Assembly: GCA_050298595.1 (NCBI GenBank)
Contig: JBNKUM010000008.1
Span: 96,001-160,000, forward strand
Length of the DNA: 64,000 nt
From: Gammaproteobacteria bacterium
Lineage (GTDB): Bacteria; Pseudomonadota; Gammaproteobacteria; GCA-001735895
Direction of reading: 5' to 3'
Positions within the stretch are counted from its first letter, which is position 1. Each line of letters opens with the position of its first letter. Positions 10,155 to 20,634 of this stretch are shown here, piece by piece. The position numbers were made by a program, and so were the translations under genes. The notes below the pieces were generated by a model. It searched no databases. It worked only from the letters and a program-made list of their open reading frames with translations, and was not told the DNA's origin.

Positions 10155-10919
10155 TTACAGCACCTGATAACCAAATTCCTTAATGACTGCAATTGCCGCA
10201 GGATCAGATTTTACAAACGCCAGGAATGCTTTGGCTGCGACATTGTCTTTACCTTTATTCAGCAATACCGCAGATTGATCGATCGAATCGTAGTATTTTG
10301 CAGGGATCAACCAGCTTGATCCGGGCTCACCCTTCCAGCCTATTAACTGCGAGTAAGCGACAAAACCAATCTCCGCATTACCAGTTGCTACAAACTGGAA
10401 GGTTTGTGAAATGGAGTCACCCTGCACCAGTTTGGCTTTAAGCTCAGACTCAAGACTCAGTTTTTGCATAACCTGTGTAGCGGCTAATCCATAGGGTGCC
10501 GTTTTTGGGTTTGCCAGTGCAACATGAGCAAACTTGCCAGCGCGTAAAAAAACTTCGCCTGAGTCAAACAGGCCGGCCTTAGCACTCCACAGTGCTAACT
10601 GTCCTTTGGCATACACAAAGTTGCTACCTGTTACAGCAAGCCCTTCTTTTTCAGCTTTCAGTGGGCGCTTGGTATCAGCTGCCAGAAAAACATCAAAGGG
10701 CGCGCCATTCTCAATCTGAGCAAACAGTTTACCGGTAGATCCAAAAATCACCCTGGCTTTATGTCCGGTCGCCTTTTCGAACAATGGCACCAGCTTGTTG
10801 GTCACACCGGTAAAATTTGCAGCCACGGCGATATTCACTTCATCGGCTTGTGCAGTAGTAGTCAGGTTTGCCGCGAGCACGGCACAGGATAAAACAATAC
10901 TCGTTAAAAATGATTTCAT
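10155..10919 (-). CDS. modA: Molybdate ABC transporter substrate-binding protein
   Basis: Signal peptide; AVAANF, GSTGKL, GAPFDVFLAA, ANPKTAPYG. Confidence 0.95.
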   Translation of the reverse strand: MKSFLTSIVLSCAVLAANLTTTAQADEVNIAVAANFTGVTNKLVPLFEKATGHKARVIFGSTGKLFAQIENGAPFDVFLAADTKRPLKAEKEGLAVTGSNFVYAKGQLALWSAKAGLFDSGEVFLRAGKFAHVALANPKTAPYGLAATQVMQKLSLESELKAKLVQGDSISQTFQFVATGNAEIGFVAYSQLIGWKGEPGSSWLIPAKYYDSIDQSAVLLNKGKDNVAAKAFLAFVKSDPAAIAVIKEFGYQVL

Positions 10920-10944
10920 GATATTTACTCGCTTAATTTTAAAT

Positions 10945-11748
10945 TCAGTTCACGCCAAGAATGACATGTGATGATTTGATCAATGCATACACTGGACTGC
11001 CTACGGCAAGCTCCAGTCCATCTGCACTGTGTTCTGTGATGATTGCAGTGAGGCTCTTGCCACCATCTAGCTCAATAACGACCTCTGTATTCACTGGCCC
11101 ATGGCGCATATCGCTAATAGTCCCGTACAGTTGATTACGTGCACTGGTCTTAAGATTAGAGTCTGCGTCAGCAAGAATAATAAATGACGCCTTGATTAAA
11201 GCGTATGCATCACTGCCTACTGTGAGACCAAGATGTTCCACACTCTCTCGGGTAACCATCGCGATCAGGCTTTCTTTTTCAGTAATCGCGAGTTTAATTT
11301 CGGCGTTAACAGGGCCAAGGTTAATGTGCTCTACCTTGCCCTGAAACTGGTTTCTAGCACTTGTACGCATGCTAAGTCTCCTGATTTTAAGTTGAAATTG
11401 ATTAAAATCTTCCAGACTGCAATTCAGCCCTTCTGAAATACGCTGATACTCCTGATGAATCAGTTTTAAACCCGCAATCAAATCATATCCCTGTGACGTA
11501 ACCTGAGTGCCTCCACCCTGAGAACCTCCGGGTGATTTAACCACCAGAGGCGAATCCCAAAGGTTATTCATTTCATTCACTGCATCCCATGCAGAGCGAT
11601 AACTCATTTTCAATTGCTTCGCTGCCGCCGAAATCGAACCCAGACTGCCGATAGCCTCTAGTAACGCAATGGATTTAGAATTAACATCGTTGCTGTAAAA
11701 ACTGGCCAGGCCAGGATTGCTATTGAAAATTGTAGTTTTATTACTCAT
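10945..11748 (-). CDS. modE: Molybdate-responsive transcriptional regulator (wHTH plus tandem TOBE/Mop domains)
   Basis: GSISAAAK..MSYRSAW, GG..GGG, two TSARNQ Mop repeats, ALIKAS/ALIKSS. Confidence 0.92.
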   Translation of the reverse strand: MSNKTTIFNSNPGLASFYSNDVNSKSIALLEAIGSLGSISAAAKQLKMSYRSAWDAVNEMNNLWDSPLVVKSPGGSQGGGTQVTSQGYDLIAGLKLIHQEYQRISEGLNCSLEDFNQFQLKIRRLSMRTSARNQFQGKVEHINLGPVNAEIKLAITEKESLIAMVTRESVEHLGLTVGSDAYALIKASFIILADADSNLKTSARNQLYGTISDMRHGPVNTEVVIELDGGKSLTAIITEHSADGLELAVGSPVYALIKSSHVILGVN

Positions 11749-11774
11749 CTGTCAGTTTCTCAGTCTAAATGATC

Positions 11775-11799
11775 CGTTATGCAATCAATCTGCATAACG
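11775..11799. promoter_or_regulatory. ModE-binding site (Mo-box)
   Basis: Perfect palindrome CGTTATGCA-N7-TGCATAACG 26 bp upstream of the modE start, matching the CGTTAT..-spacer-..ATAACG ModE pattern. Confidence 0.8.
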
Positions 11800-12003
11800 C
11801 TTATATCACATAGCAAATTGATTGCCTTCATAAATAACTACTGAATAAACAATGAGATAGTGCATAGCTGCACTCATGCCTATGATGATTTGAAGGATAT
11901 TTGTTTGTTTGCTTACACGGCTAATACACAGATCCGACAAAACGCTACAAAACTCTGGTATGGTTAATTGATGGGTTGTTAGCAGTAAAATACCTGATGC
12001 CAA

Positions 12004-14151
12004 CTAGCGGATGACTGATTGATTACCATTGTCTCTGTCTAACGGTAATCTGACATTAAAGCGCGCACCCTGCTCGGTATTAACTGCATCTATAGAACCA
12101 CCGTATTCCTGAATAATTTCGTGACAAACGGATAATCCTAACCCCAGCCCCTTGCCGATTTCCTTGGTTGTAAAATAGGGATTGAAGAGTTGTCCCATAA
12201 CACGCGAATCTATTCCACCACCGATATCCTCAATGGTAATCAATGCCTGATCATCAGCTACCGTCAAACCAACTGAGATGGTTGGATGCTCACAGCTCTC
12301 CATGGCATCGATTGCATTCTGAATGATATTGATAATCACCAGGTCAAGTTTCAGAGGGTTGATTCTGACATACACCGATTGCAGCATATCGAGTAGGTTT
12401 ATCTGAATATTTTTTTCGTTCAGACTGTCTTTATAAAGCGTTAGAGATTGAACAATAAGTGGTGCCAGTTGCTGTCTTTGTAAGGTCTGTTCATCCTTAT
12501 AGCTAAAAGACTTAAGCAGCTTAATGACATTTTGCATTTTAAGACTTAAAGGAGCAAGTCTGCTAATAGAGCTCAAGACTCCATCCCAGTCCTGTTTTTC
12601 TGCTTTTAACTGCACCGCTGCAATCGAGCTGTTCATCGCCGACAAAGGCTGGCTGAGTTCATGCACGATAGTCGCTGCCATTTGACCCAGGGCTGCAATT
12701 TTTCCCTGCTGAAGTAGCTCAGACTGCGTCTCACGTAATGCTCGCGTTCGACTGTCTACCAGTTCTTCCAGCGATTCATTTATCTTGATGACCTCCTGTT
12801 CTGCCGATTTTCTTTTTTCTATATTCACCAGCGTCATTAACAGTCGTTGATAACTTCCAATAGTTACCTGACTGATGGCAAACATAACCGGGGTAGATGG
12901 TTGACCATCAATAATCAACTGTGTCTCAAAAAATGGTTTTACAATATCGCCCCCCATTTTCAATCGATCTTCAAAAGCGCCGATTTGGGAAACATCCATA
13001 ACCTGCTGGATTTTCACAGGGTTGGTTTGTGGAGAAACGCTATCGATCATCAACAGGCTTCGTGCTGCATCATTTAAAAAAAGAATTTTCCCATCCAGCC
13101 CAAGAGAGATCACCCCTATGTGTATCTTTTCTATGATAGTTTCCAGTTCTCGCCGATGGTTTTGTTCTATTTCACGTGCGTGTTGCCTTGAGCGCAGTTT
13201 AGATTGACGTTCACGATAATACAGAAGACTTAAACTCAGTACGCCCATTAGTATGAGAAAAAAGATCAGTGCTGATTGAATAAAACGTTGGTTTTTTTCC
13301 AGATAATATAATGTCCACTCAGTTCCCTTGATAGGAAAGGCATTGACCAGATAAGCATCTTTCTGGATTATCCAGAAAGATAATGTAAAACCGTCCAGGC
13401 GGGCAAATTCATAGATATTCTGATATAGATTGGATAACTTAAAGCCTATGAACTGTTGTTGCTGTCTAATTTTTTGTAGCGTTTGATCAGATAATTCACC
13501 GACGCTGCGATATCGCCACTGATCCTGACCACTTAAGATCACCACATTATTTTCATCGGTGACGAGTACATTCTGCCCTGCATCCTGCCAGTTTTTCTCC
13601 CAACGTGTTAAATCCAGCTTTACCACCACCACACCAATGACTTTGCCTTCATCATCAATAACAGGCTCAGAAATGAAAAAGCCCGGAATCCCGGTAGTAA
13701 CACCGATTGCATAATAAAACTGACGAGATTTTTCGTATACCGCCCTGGCAAAATAGGGTCTAAATGAATAATTTTTATGCAGGAAGTTATTGGGTAAATC
13801 AAAATTGCTGGTAGCAATCACTTTGCCAGAATTATTCATCACATAAACCGTATCAGCACCCGCGCGCTGGGCGATAAACTTCAAACGTTGATTTAAATCT
13901 GGCTGGCTCTGATCTGTATCGAGCAAAGCAGCATGAACCCGATCATTACCAGCAATCAGAGCCGGCAGGTATTCGTATTGATCGATAGAAGAACTAAAAG
14001 ATTGTTGAAAAAAACGTGTCGCAGTCTGCTGTTCGATATTCCAGCTATGCAGTAACCATACATAAAAAACCAGACTGCATAGCAGTGAAATTGACAACAG
14101 AAGGATGGCAGAAGGTATCCATGCGACTCTAAATGGTCTGATCGTAATCAT
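12004..14151 (-). CDS. dctB: DctB-type sensor histidine kinase (periplasmic Cache, PAS-like, HisKA, HATPase)
   Basis: TM-Cache (NYSFRPYF, IGVTTGIPGFF)-TM; H-box HELSQPL; NAIDA, D.GGG, FTTK, GLGLGL. Confidence 0.85.
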   Translation of the reverse strand: MITIRPFRVAWIPSAILLLSISLLCSLVFYVWLLHSWNIEQQTATRFFQQSFSSSIDQYEYLPALIAGNDRVHAALLDTDQSQPDLNQRLKFIAQRAGADTVYVMNNSGKVIATSNFDLPNNFLHKNYSFRPYFARAVYEKSRQFYYAIGVTTGIPGFFISEPVIDDEGKVIGVVVVKLDLTRWEKNWQDAGQNVLVTDENNVVILSGQDQWRYRSVGELSDQTLQKIRQQQQFIGFKLSNLYQNIYEFARLDGFTLSFWIIQKDAYLVNAFPIKGTEWTLYYLEKNQRFIQSALIFFLILMGVLSLSLLYYRERQSKLRSRQHAREIEQNHRRELETIIEKIHIGVISLGLDGKILFLNDAARSLLMIDSVSPQTNPVKIQQVMDVSQIGAFEDRLKMGGDIVKPFFETQLIIDGQPSTPVMFAISQVTIGSYQRLLMTLVNIEKRKSAEQEVIKINESLEELVDSRTRALRETQSELLQQGKIAALGQMAATIVHELSQPLSAMNSSIAAVQLKAEKQDWDGVLSSISRLAPLSLKMQNVIKLLKSFSYKDEQTLQRQQLAPLIVQSLTLYKDSLNEKNIQINLLDMLQSVYVRINPLKLDLVIINIIQNAIDAMESCEHPTISVGLTVADDQALITIEDIGGGIDSRVMGQLFNPYFTTKEIGKGLGLGLSVCHEIIQEYGGSIDAVNTEQGARFNVRLPLDRDNGNQSVIR

Positions 14152-14235
14152 CTCTCAAGTCTGCAATCAGAGATATTCAAAAGATCCTGATCTAAAAAAC
14201 CAATTGCCCTTCTCTAATATGGACATCAATGATGC

Positions 14236-15156
14236 TTAATCCATGAAGGCTCTTAGGTGTGCCTCTACACTGCGCGCTAGAGAATTCAATTCATAACCAC
14301 CTTCAAGACAGGAAACTACTCGACCATTGGCACTAATAGTCGCAAGCTGATACAACTGACGGGTAATCCAGGCATAATCTGCTTCTAGCAAATTAAAGTG
14401 CGCCATATCGTCATCGCGATGCCCATCAAACCCTGCTGAAATGATAATCAACTGAGGTGCAAACTCCTCAAGTCTGGGTATCCATTTTTCGCTGACAGCT
14501 TCCTTAAATGCTTCACCATCAGTTAATGAGGGTAAAGGTAGATTAATAATATTAGGTACATTGGTGTGAGCCCCCGACCCTGGATAATATGGGTGCTGAA
14601 AACTGGAACAGAATAATATTCGATCGTCACCAGACACCATGGATTCGGTTCCATTTCCGTGGTGCACATCAAAATCAATGATCGCAACGCGCTCCAGACC
14701 CCAGTGATTAATCGCGTGGTAGGCTGCAATTGCCACATTACCAAAGATACAGAAGCCCATCGCATGACCAGGCTCAGCATGATGTCCAGGTGGTCGTACC
14801 AGACAGAACACCTGATTCACTTTATTTTCCATCACCAGATCTACTCCCTGCACTGCAGCACCCGCAGCGAATAAAGCTGCTTTTAGTGTATGCGGGTTCA
14901 TAGCAGTGTCTCCATCCAGCCAGGATAAACCCGTAATAGGAGAAGCTTCAAAAACATGATCCACATAGATCGGATCATGCACCGCTAATAACTGTTCACG
15001 GGTAACTTCCTTCGCATCAAAATAATACAACACCATGCTAAGACCAGAGGCAATTAATCGGTTATTAATTGCATCCAGCCGTGCAGGCTGTTCAGGATGA
15101 TAATCACCCATGGCGTGCAATTTACAGGCGGCTTCAGTAATAATTCCTATAGACAT
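14236..15156 (-). CDS. Zn-dependent histone-deacetylase-family protein (AcuC/HDAC-like)
   Basis: HPE..RL, RPPGHHA, GFC, DFDVHHGNGT, SAGFDGH, LEGGY all intact. Confidence 0.92.
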   Translation of the reverse strand: MSIGIITEAACKLHAMGDYHPEQPARLDAINNRLIASGLSMVLYYFDAKEVTREQLLAVHDPIYVDHVFEASPITGLSWLDGDTAMNPHTLKAALFAAGAAVQGVDLVMENKVNQVFCLVRPPGHHAEPGHAMGFCIFGNVAIAAYHAINHWGLERVAIIDFDVHHGNGTESMVSGDDRILFCSSFQHPYYPGSGAHTNVPNIINLPLPSLTDGEAFKEAVSEKWIPRLEEFAPQLIIISAGFDGHRDDDMAHFNLLEADYAWITRQLYQLATISANGRVVSCLEGGYELNSLARSVEAHLRAFMD

Positions 15157-15267
15157 AAATAATTCTGTGTTTTTCTGAATTTGTTGTATATTTGTTGCAT
15201 TGCAGCAAAATAAATTACCTACAATACACGATATCTTTTTACTTCAGGGATTCTAAAGCCAAACCTC

Positions 15268-17949
15268 ATGAAAGACCATTACCTAAAATCGATATTTGAA
15301 CCAGAGTCTATTGCCGTTGTCGGCGCAACAGAAAGAGAAAACTCAGTTGGCAATCAGGTACTACTGAATGTCATAGAGGGAGGTTTCAAGGGCAAAATTT
15401 ATCCGGTCAACCCAAAACACGAAGAGGTTCGTAATCTACAGTGTTACCCGTCACTAAGTGATATTGATCACCCTATTGACCTTGTTGTCATCTGTATCCC
15501 CGCCAGACATATTCCCTCTGTCATGCATGAGTGTAGTCAGCATCAGGTTCGTGCGGTTATTGTGCTTTCGGCAGGCTTTGCAGAGATTGGTAAAAAAGGT
15601 GAGAGTCTGCAAAGCGAGATAGTGGATATTGCGCGTACCTACAGTATCCCCTTACTGGGACCCAACTGCCTTGGCATAATCCGACCCAGAGTTGGCCTGA
15701 ATGCTACCTCCGCAAAGAGTTCCGCGCGTAAGGGACATGTAGCCCTTGTCGCTCAATCAGGCGCTTTCTGTACCGCACTGCTGGATTGGGCTGATAGCGA
15801 AGGCTTTGGCTTTTCAGCCGTTGCTTCATTAGGCGCTACTGCAGATGTTGGTTTTGGTGATGTGCTAGATTATCTCTCTGGTGACCCTGAAACACATAGT
15901 ATACTCCTGTATGTTGAAGGTATTTCTGATGCTCGTTCATTTATCAGTGGTCTTCGCGTTGCAGCTCGTTTGAAGCCAGTGATCGTAGTTAAATCCGGGC
16001 GTAATGAAACCGGATCACGAGCTGCTGTTTCTCATACCGCTGCCCTGATTGGTAATGACAATGTCTTCGATGCTGCAATACAACGCGCAGGGGCAGTACG
16101 TGTTACCACTGTGTCACAATTATTTGCAGCCACTCAAACCCTGGCATCTGGCGTCAGAGTCGAAGGCCCCAGACTCGGTATTGTGACCAATGGAGGAGGC
16201 CCTGGTGTCATGGCTGCCGACCATGCTGCAGATCTTCCATTACCTTTGGCCGAACTGAGCGATGAAAGCATAGCCCAGCTCAGCAAGATTTTACCCGAAC
16301 ACTGGTCGCACAGTAATCCAGTAGATATTCTCGGAGATGCAGACTCCAGGCGTTATGAAGAAGCAACTCGTATTGTTCTTGCAGATAAAAATGTCGACGG
16401 TTTATTGATATTACTGACTCCACAGGGCATGACTGACCCTACGGCATGTGCCAAGGGTGTTATCAACGCAGCCAAAAAGTCCAAAAAGCCCATACTGGCC
16501 TGCTGGATGGGTGAAACCCTGGTCGCTACAGGTCGTCAACTATTTTCCAAGGCTGGTATTCCACAATTTCGTAGTCCTGAAGCAGGGGTTGATGCTTTTG
16601 GTTATCTGGCCTGTTATCGACGTAATCAGAAAGCCCTGTTGCAGGCACCCTACCCCTTATCACGCGCCAAAGAGCCTGATGTCGAAGGCGCACGTCTAAT
16701 CATAGAAAATGCATTAAACGAACGTAGAACCATACTCAGCAATACTGAATCCAAGGCTGTACTAAGGGCCTTCCAGATTCCAACATCGCCCAGTATCAAC
16801 GTCAATAGTGCGGCTGATGCTCTGGTTGCAGCTGAGAATGTGGGATTACCGATTGCAATGAAAATTAATTCGCCCGGCCTGGCTCATAAGTCTGATGTTG
16901 GTGGTGTGCGCCTGAATATCCGCGAGCCAAAAACGGTACGCACAGCATTTCGTGAAATGATCGACTCCATCACTAAAACAAATCCTGATGCTGTTATAGA
17001 CGGCGTCACCATCGAACCTATGCTCGACCTGCCACATGCACGTGAAATCATGATTGGAATTGCGCAGGATCCAGTGTTCGGACCCGTCATCAGTTTTGGT
17101 ACCGGCGGCACTGCTGTTGAAATATTTGCCGACAACTCTGTTGCTTTGCCCCCATTAAATGAATATCTTAGCCAACAGCTCATCAAGGGCACTCGTGCCT
17201 CTGCATACCTGCGAAAATTCCGTAATCTACCAGAAGCTGATTTACCTAAACTGACTCAGGTTTTACAGAGAATTTCTGAAATCACCTGTGAACTACCTGA
17301 AGTTCAGGAACTGGATATCAACCCATTACTGGTCGATGAGCACGGCGTAATAGCGGTAGATGCGCGAATTGTTGTTAGACCTTCGACTACTAACACAAAG
17401 CGTTATGATCACATGGCTATCCACCCCTATCCAACCGAGCTGGAAACCACCTGGCAACTGCCAGATGGTACCAATGTTGTGATCCGTCCTATTCGTCCCG
17501 AAGATGCATCTATCGAACAGGTATTCGTTAAGCATATGTCTGCAGAGAGTAAATACTTTCGCTTCATGCACAGCGTGGAAGAGCTCACTCCATTGATGCT
17601 GGCACGTTTAACTCAGATCGATTATGACCGAGAGATGGCACTGATTGCGGTGATCGCCGAAGGTACCGAGAACGCCTGTATTATTGGCGTAGTACGTTAT
17701 GCCATTAATCCTGATCGCCATTCCTGTGAATTTGCTCTTGCTGTCGGAGATGATTACCAACGCAAAGGGATCGGCCGTTATCTGATGAAGCGCTTAATGA
17801 CTGTGGCAAGAGACCGAGGTCTTGATGTTATGGAAGGTGAAGTATTAACCAATAACTTCAAGATGGTTAACCTGATGGAGAGACTGGATTTTCGCGTAGT
17901 ACACAATCACGAAGAACCAGAAATCGTACAGGTACGTCGCCACCTGTAA
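15268..17949 (+). CDS. pat: Pat/Pka-type protein lysine acetyltransferase (NDP-forming acyl-CoA synthetase-like domains plus C-terminal GNAT)
   Basis: P.SIAVVGA, GPNCLG, AQSGA, NPVDILGDA, HKSDVGGV, ELDINPL, then GNAT (IRPIRPED, RFMH, CEFA, QRKGIG). Confidence 0.9.
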   Translation: MKDHYLKSIFEPESIAVVGATERENSVGNQVLLNVIEGGFKGKIYPVNPKHEEVRNLQCYPSLSDIDHPIDLVVICIPARHIPSVMHECSQHQVRAVIVLSAGFAEIGKKGESLQSEIVDIARTYSIPLLGPNCLGIIRPRVGLNATSAKSSARKGHVALVAQSGAFCTALLDWADSEGFGFSAVASLGATADVGFGDVLDYLSGDPETHSILLYVEGISDARSFISGLRVAARLKPVIVVKSGRNETGSRAAVSHTAALIGNDNVFDAAIQRAGAVRVTTVSQLFAATQTLASGVRVEGPRLGIVTNGGGPGVMAADHAADLPLPLAELSDESIAQLSKILPEHWSHSNPVDILGDADSRRYEEATRIVLADKNVDGLLILLTPQGMTDPTACAKGVINAAKKSKKPILACWMGETLVATGRQLFSKAGIPQFRSPEAGVDAFGYLACYRRNQKALLQAPYPLSRAKEPDVEGARLIIENALNERRTILSNTESKAVLRAFQIPTSPSINVNSAADALVAAENVGLPIAMKINSPGLAHKSDVGGVRLNIREPKTVRTAFREMIDSITKTNPDAVIDGVTIEPMLDLPHAREIMIGIAQDPVFGPVISFGTGGTAVEIFADNSVALPPLNEYLSQQLIKGTRASAYLRKFRNLPEADLPKLTQVLQRISEITCELPEVQELDINPLLVDEHGVIAVDARIVVRPSTTNTKRYDHMAIHPYPTELETTWQLPDGTNVVIRPIRPEDASIEQVFVKHMSAESKYFRFMHSVEELTPLMLARLTQIDYDREMALIAVIAEGTENACIIGVVRYAINPDRHSCEFALAVGDDYQRKGIGRYLMKRLMTVARDRGLDVMEGEVLTNNFKMVNLMERLDFRVVHNHEEPEIVQVRRHL

Positions 17950-17951
17950 AT

Positions 17952-18115
17952 TTAAACCTGGAATCCGCAGTTGGACGAGTTGTAGTGCATTTGCGGAGGT
18001 GTATATCAAGGCGTGACGACGCGGAATAGCGGGCCATTCCAGGGAGTTACAAGGCTATAGTAATGGTTTAGGTTGCCCTCTAACGCGAGCGGCCAACTGT
18101 GGGATCCAGGCTAAA
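17952..18115. mobile_element. MITE-like palindromic element, copy 1 (internally deleted)
   Basis: Imperfect ~22-bp terminal inverted repeats TAAACCTGGAATCCGCAGTTGG / CCAACTGTGGGATCCAGGCTAA; core nearly identical to the copy at 54842. Confidence 0.75.
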
Positions 18116-18138
18116 AGGCCGTGTTTCCATTCACGCAC

Positions 18139-18165
18139 AAAAAAAGGGAGCCAATGGCTCCCTTT
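18139..18165 (-). terminator. Intrinsic terminator of pnp
   Basis: Minus strand AAAGGGAGCCATTGGCTCCC followed by a T-run. Confidence 0.85.
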
Positions 18166-18195
18166 CTGTACCTTAAGAAGGTATCGACGGAAGGA

Positions 18196-20301
18196 TTATT
18201 CAGCAACCTCTGCTATTTCTTCTGTAACCGCTTTCATACTCAGACGGATACGGCCCTGACGGTCAACCTCAAGAACCTTAACCTTTACCTTGTCACCTTC
18301 GGATAACTTATCGCTCACGTTTTCTACGCGCTCGTCAGAGATCTGAGAGATATGAACCAGACCATCCTTACCAGGCAGGATGTTAACAAAAGCACCAAAG
18401 TCCATTATCTTGGCTACCTTACCTTCATAGATAGCACCCACTTCAACTTCGGCAGTGACCAGTTCAACGCGGCGACGGGCTTCATCACTGGCAGACTTGT
18501 CGACCGATGAAATCTTAACCGTACCGTCATCATCAACTTCGATGGTTGCACCGGTTTCTTCAGTAATGCTACGAATAGTTGCACCACCCTTACCGATAAC
18601 ATCACGAATTTTTTCAGGGTTGATTTTGAAAGTAATCAAACGTGGTGCAAACTCAGACATCACTTCACGTGGCTTATCGATAACCTTGGCCATTTCACCA
18701 AGAATAAACAGGCGTCCTTCTTTAGCCTGGTCCAGTGCCTGAGACATAATTTCAGTAGTGATTCCATCGATCTTGATATCCATCTGTAAAGCAGTAACGC
18801 CTTCAGTAGTACCAGCAACCTTAAAATCCATATCACCCAGATGATCTTCATCACCCAGGATATCGGTTAATACTGCGAAATCATCACCTTCTTTAATCAG
18901 ACCCATAGCAATACCAGCGACTGGCGCCTTAATAGGCACACCGGCATCCATCAACGACAGGCTGCTTCCACAAACTGAAGCCATGGAAGAAGAACCATTT
19001 GATTCAGTGATTTCTGAAACTACACGAATAACATATGGAAACTCGTCCTGGTTAGGCATAACTGCTGCAACACCACGCTTGGCTAAACGACCATGACCAA
19101 TTTCGCGACGCTTGGGCGTACCAACACGACCCACTTCACCTACACAGGATGGTGGGAAGTTGTAATGCAGCATGAAAGGCTCTTTACGCTCGCCTTCGAT
19201 TGCATCGATAATTTGAGCATCACGGCCAGTACCTAAGGTAGTTACAACCAGAGCCTGGGTTTCACCACGAGTGAAGACAACTGAGCCATGAGTACGTGGT
19301 AACACACCAGTACGAACCGTAATAGGGCGAACAGTTCTGGTATCTCGACCATCGATACGATTTTCACCAGCGATGATACGACCACGAACCAGTTTCTTTT
19401 CGATTTTAGAGATGGCTGCTCGAACATCAGCTTCAGCAGGTGAACCTTCCTCGCCAGTTACTAAAGCCGCAACGGTTTCATTGCGAATTTCAGCTAGACG
19501 ATCCTGACGATCCAGTTTATTAGCGATGGTATAAGCACTTGCTACCGCTTCAGAACACTGAGCTGCCACTTTTTCAGCCAGAGATTCATCAGATTCAGGA
19601 GCATTCCATTCCCACGCTGGATTATTTACTTCTGCAGCAAACTCGTTAATCGCTGTAATGACAGTCTGCAGTTGTTCATGGCCATAAACCACAGAACCCA
19701 GCATGACTTCTTCCGACAACATATTTGCTTCTGACTCAACCATCAGTACCGCTTTATCAGTACCAGCAACTACCAGATCCAGATCGGAATCTTTTAGCTG
19801 ACTGTTGGTTGGATTTAGTATGTACTGCCCATCTTTGTAACCCACCCTGGCTGCGCCTATCGGGCCGTTGAATGGCATGCCAGAGATAGCTACTGCGGCA
19901 GATGCGCCAATCAGTGCAGGGATATCAGGATCGATTTCGCTATTCATGGAAACCACGGTAGCAACGATCTGAACTTCATTCTGGAATCCTTTAGGAAACA
20001 GAGGACGTAGTGGTCTGTCGATTAAACGACAGGTTAAGGTTTCTTTCTCACTTGGACGACCTTCGCGCTTGAAAAAACCACCGGGGATTTTGCCTGCAGC
20101 ATAAGTTTTTTCCTGATAGTCCACAGTCAGTGGGAAAAAGTCACGACCTGGAACTGCATCTTTCATACCTACAACGGTAACGAAGACTACGGTATCGCCC
20201 ATATTAACGAATACTGCACCACTCGCCTGACGCGCAATTTCTCCAGTCTCTAATGTAACCGTATGCCCGCCGTACTGAAATGTCTTTTTTATTGGATTCA
20301 C
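18196..20301 (-). CDS. pnp: Polyribonucleotide nucleotidyltransferase
   Basis: [39 protein letters not shown] and S1 domains; GTG 20301 is better spaced from the GAGG RBS than ATG 20307. Confidence 0.98.
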   Translation of the reverse strand: MNPIKKTFQYGGHTVTLETGEIARQASGAVFVNMGDTVVFVTVVGMKDAVPGRDFFPLTVDYQEKTYAAGKIPGGFFKREGRPSEKETLTCRLIDRPLRPLFPKGFQNEVQIVATVVSMNSEIDPDIPALIGASAAVAISGMPFNGPIGAARVGYKDGQYILNPTNSQLKDSDLDLVVAGTDKAVLMVESEANMLSEEVMLGSVVYGHEQLQTVITAINEFAAEVNNPAWEWNAPESDESLAEKVAAQCSEAVASAYTIANKLDRQDRLAEIRNETVAALVTGEEGSPAEADVRAAISKIEKKLVRGRIIAGENRIDGRDTRTVRPITVRTGVLPRTHGSVVFTRGETQALVVTTLGTGRDAQIIDAIEGERKEPFMLHYNFPPSCVGEVGRVGTPKRREIGHGRLAKRGVAAVMPNQDEFPYVIRVVSEITESNGSSSMASVCGSSLSLMDAGVPIKAPVAGIAMGLIKEGDDFAVLTDILGDEDHLGDMDFKVAGTTEGVTALQMDIKIDGITTEIMSQALDQAKEGRLFILGEMAKVIDKPREVMSEFAPRLITFKINPEKIRDVIGKGGATIRSITEETGATIEVDDDGTVKISSVDKSASDEARRRVELVTAEVEVGAIYEGKVAKIMDFGAFVNILPGKDGLVHISQISDERVENVSDKLSEGDKVKVKVLEVDRQGRIRLSMKAVTEEIAEVAE

Positions 20302-20327
20302 AATCATCCCTCAATTTTTGGTGCGTT

Positions 20328-20597
20328 TTAGCGGCGTAGGCCTAATTTAGTGATCAGGTCTTTATAACGATCCTGATTCTTGGATTTCAGATAATCCAGT
20401 AGTTTACGACGCTGGTTAACCATACGTAATAGACCACGACGCGAATGATGATCATGAATATGATACTTAAAATGCTCAGTCAGATGACTGATCTGATGTG
20501 ATAATAATGCTACCTGTACTTCTGGTGAACCTGTGTCACCTTCGCCTTGCGCATGCTCGGCAATAATTGAACTCTTCTGTTCAGCTGACATTGACAT
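20328..20597 (-). CDS. rpsO: 30S ribosomal protein S15
   Basis: [26 protein letters not shown]; 89 aa from ATG 20597. Confidence 0.98.
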   Translation of the reverse strand: MSMSAEQKSSIIAEHAQGEGDTGSPEVQVALLSHQISHLTEHFKYHIHDHHSRRGLLRMVNQRRKLLDYLKSKNQDRYKDLITKLGLRR

Positions 20598-20634
20598 TGT
20601 CAAAAACCTCTAAGTGGACCCGAAAAAGGGGGGT

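Noticed and set aside
11806-12003. Moco riboswitch or 65-aa ORF upstream of modE
   Set aside because: AT-rich, no convincing multi-stem fold or RBS; regulation is explained by the ModE box
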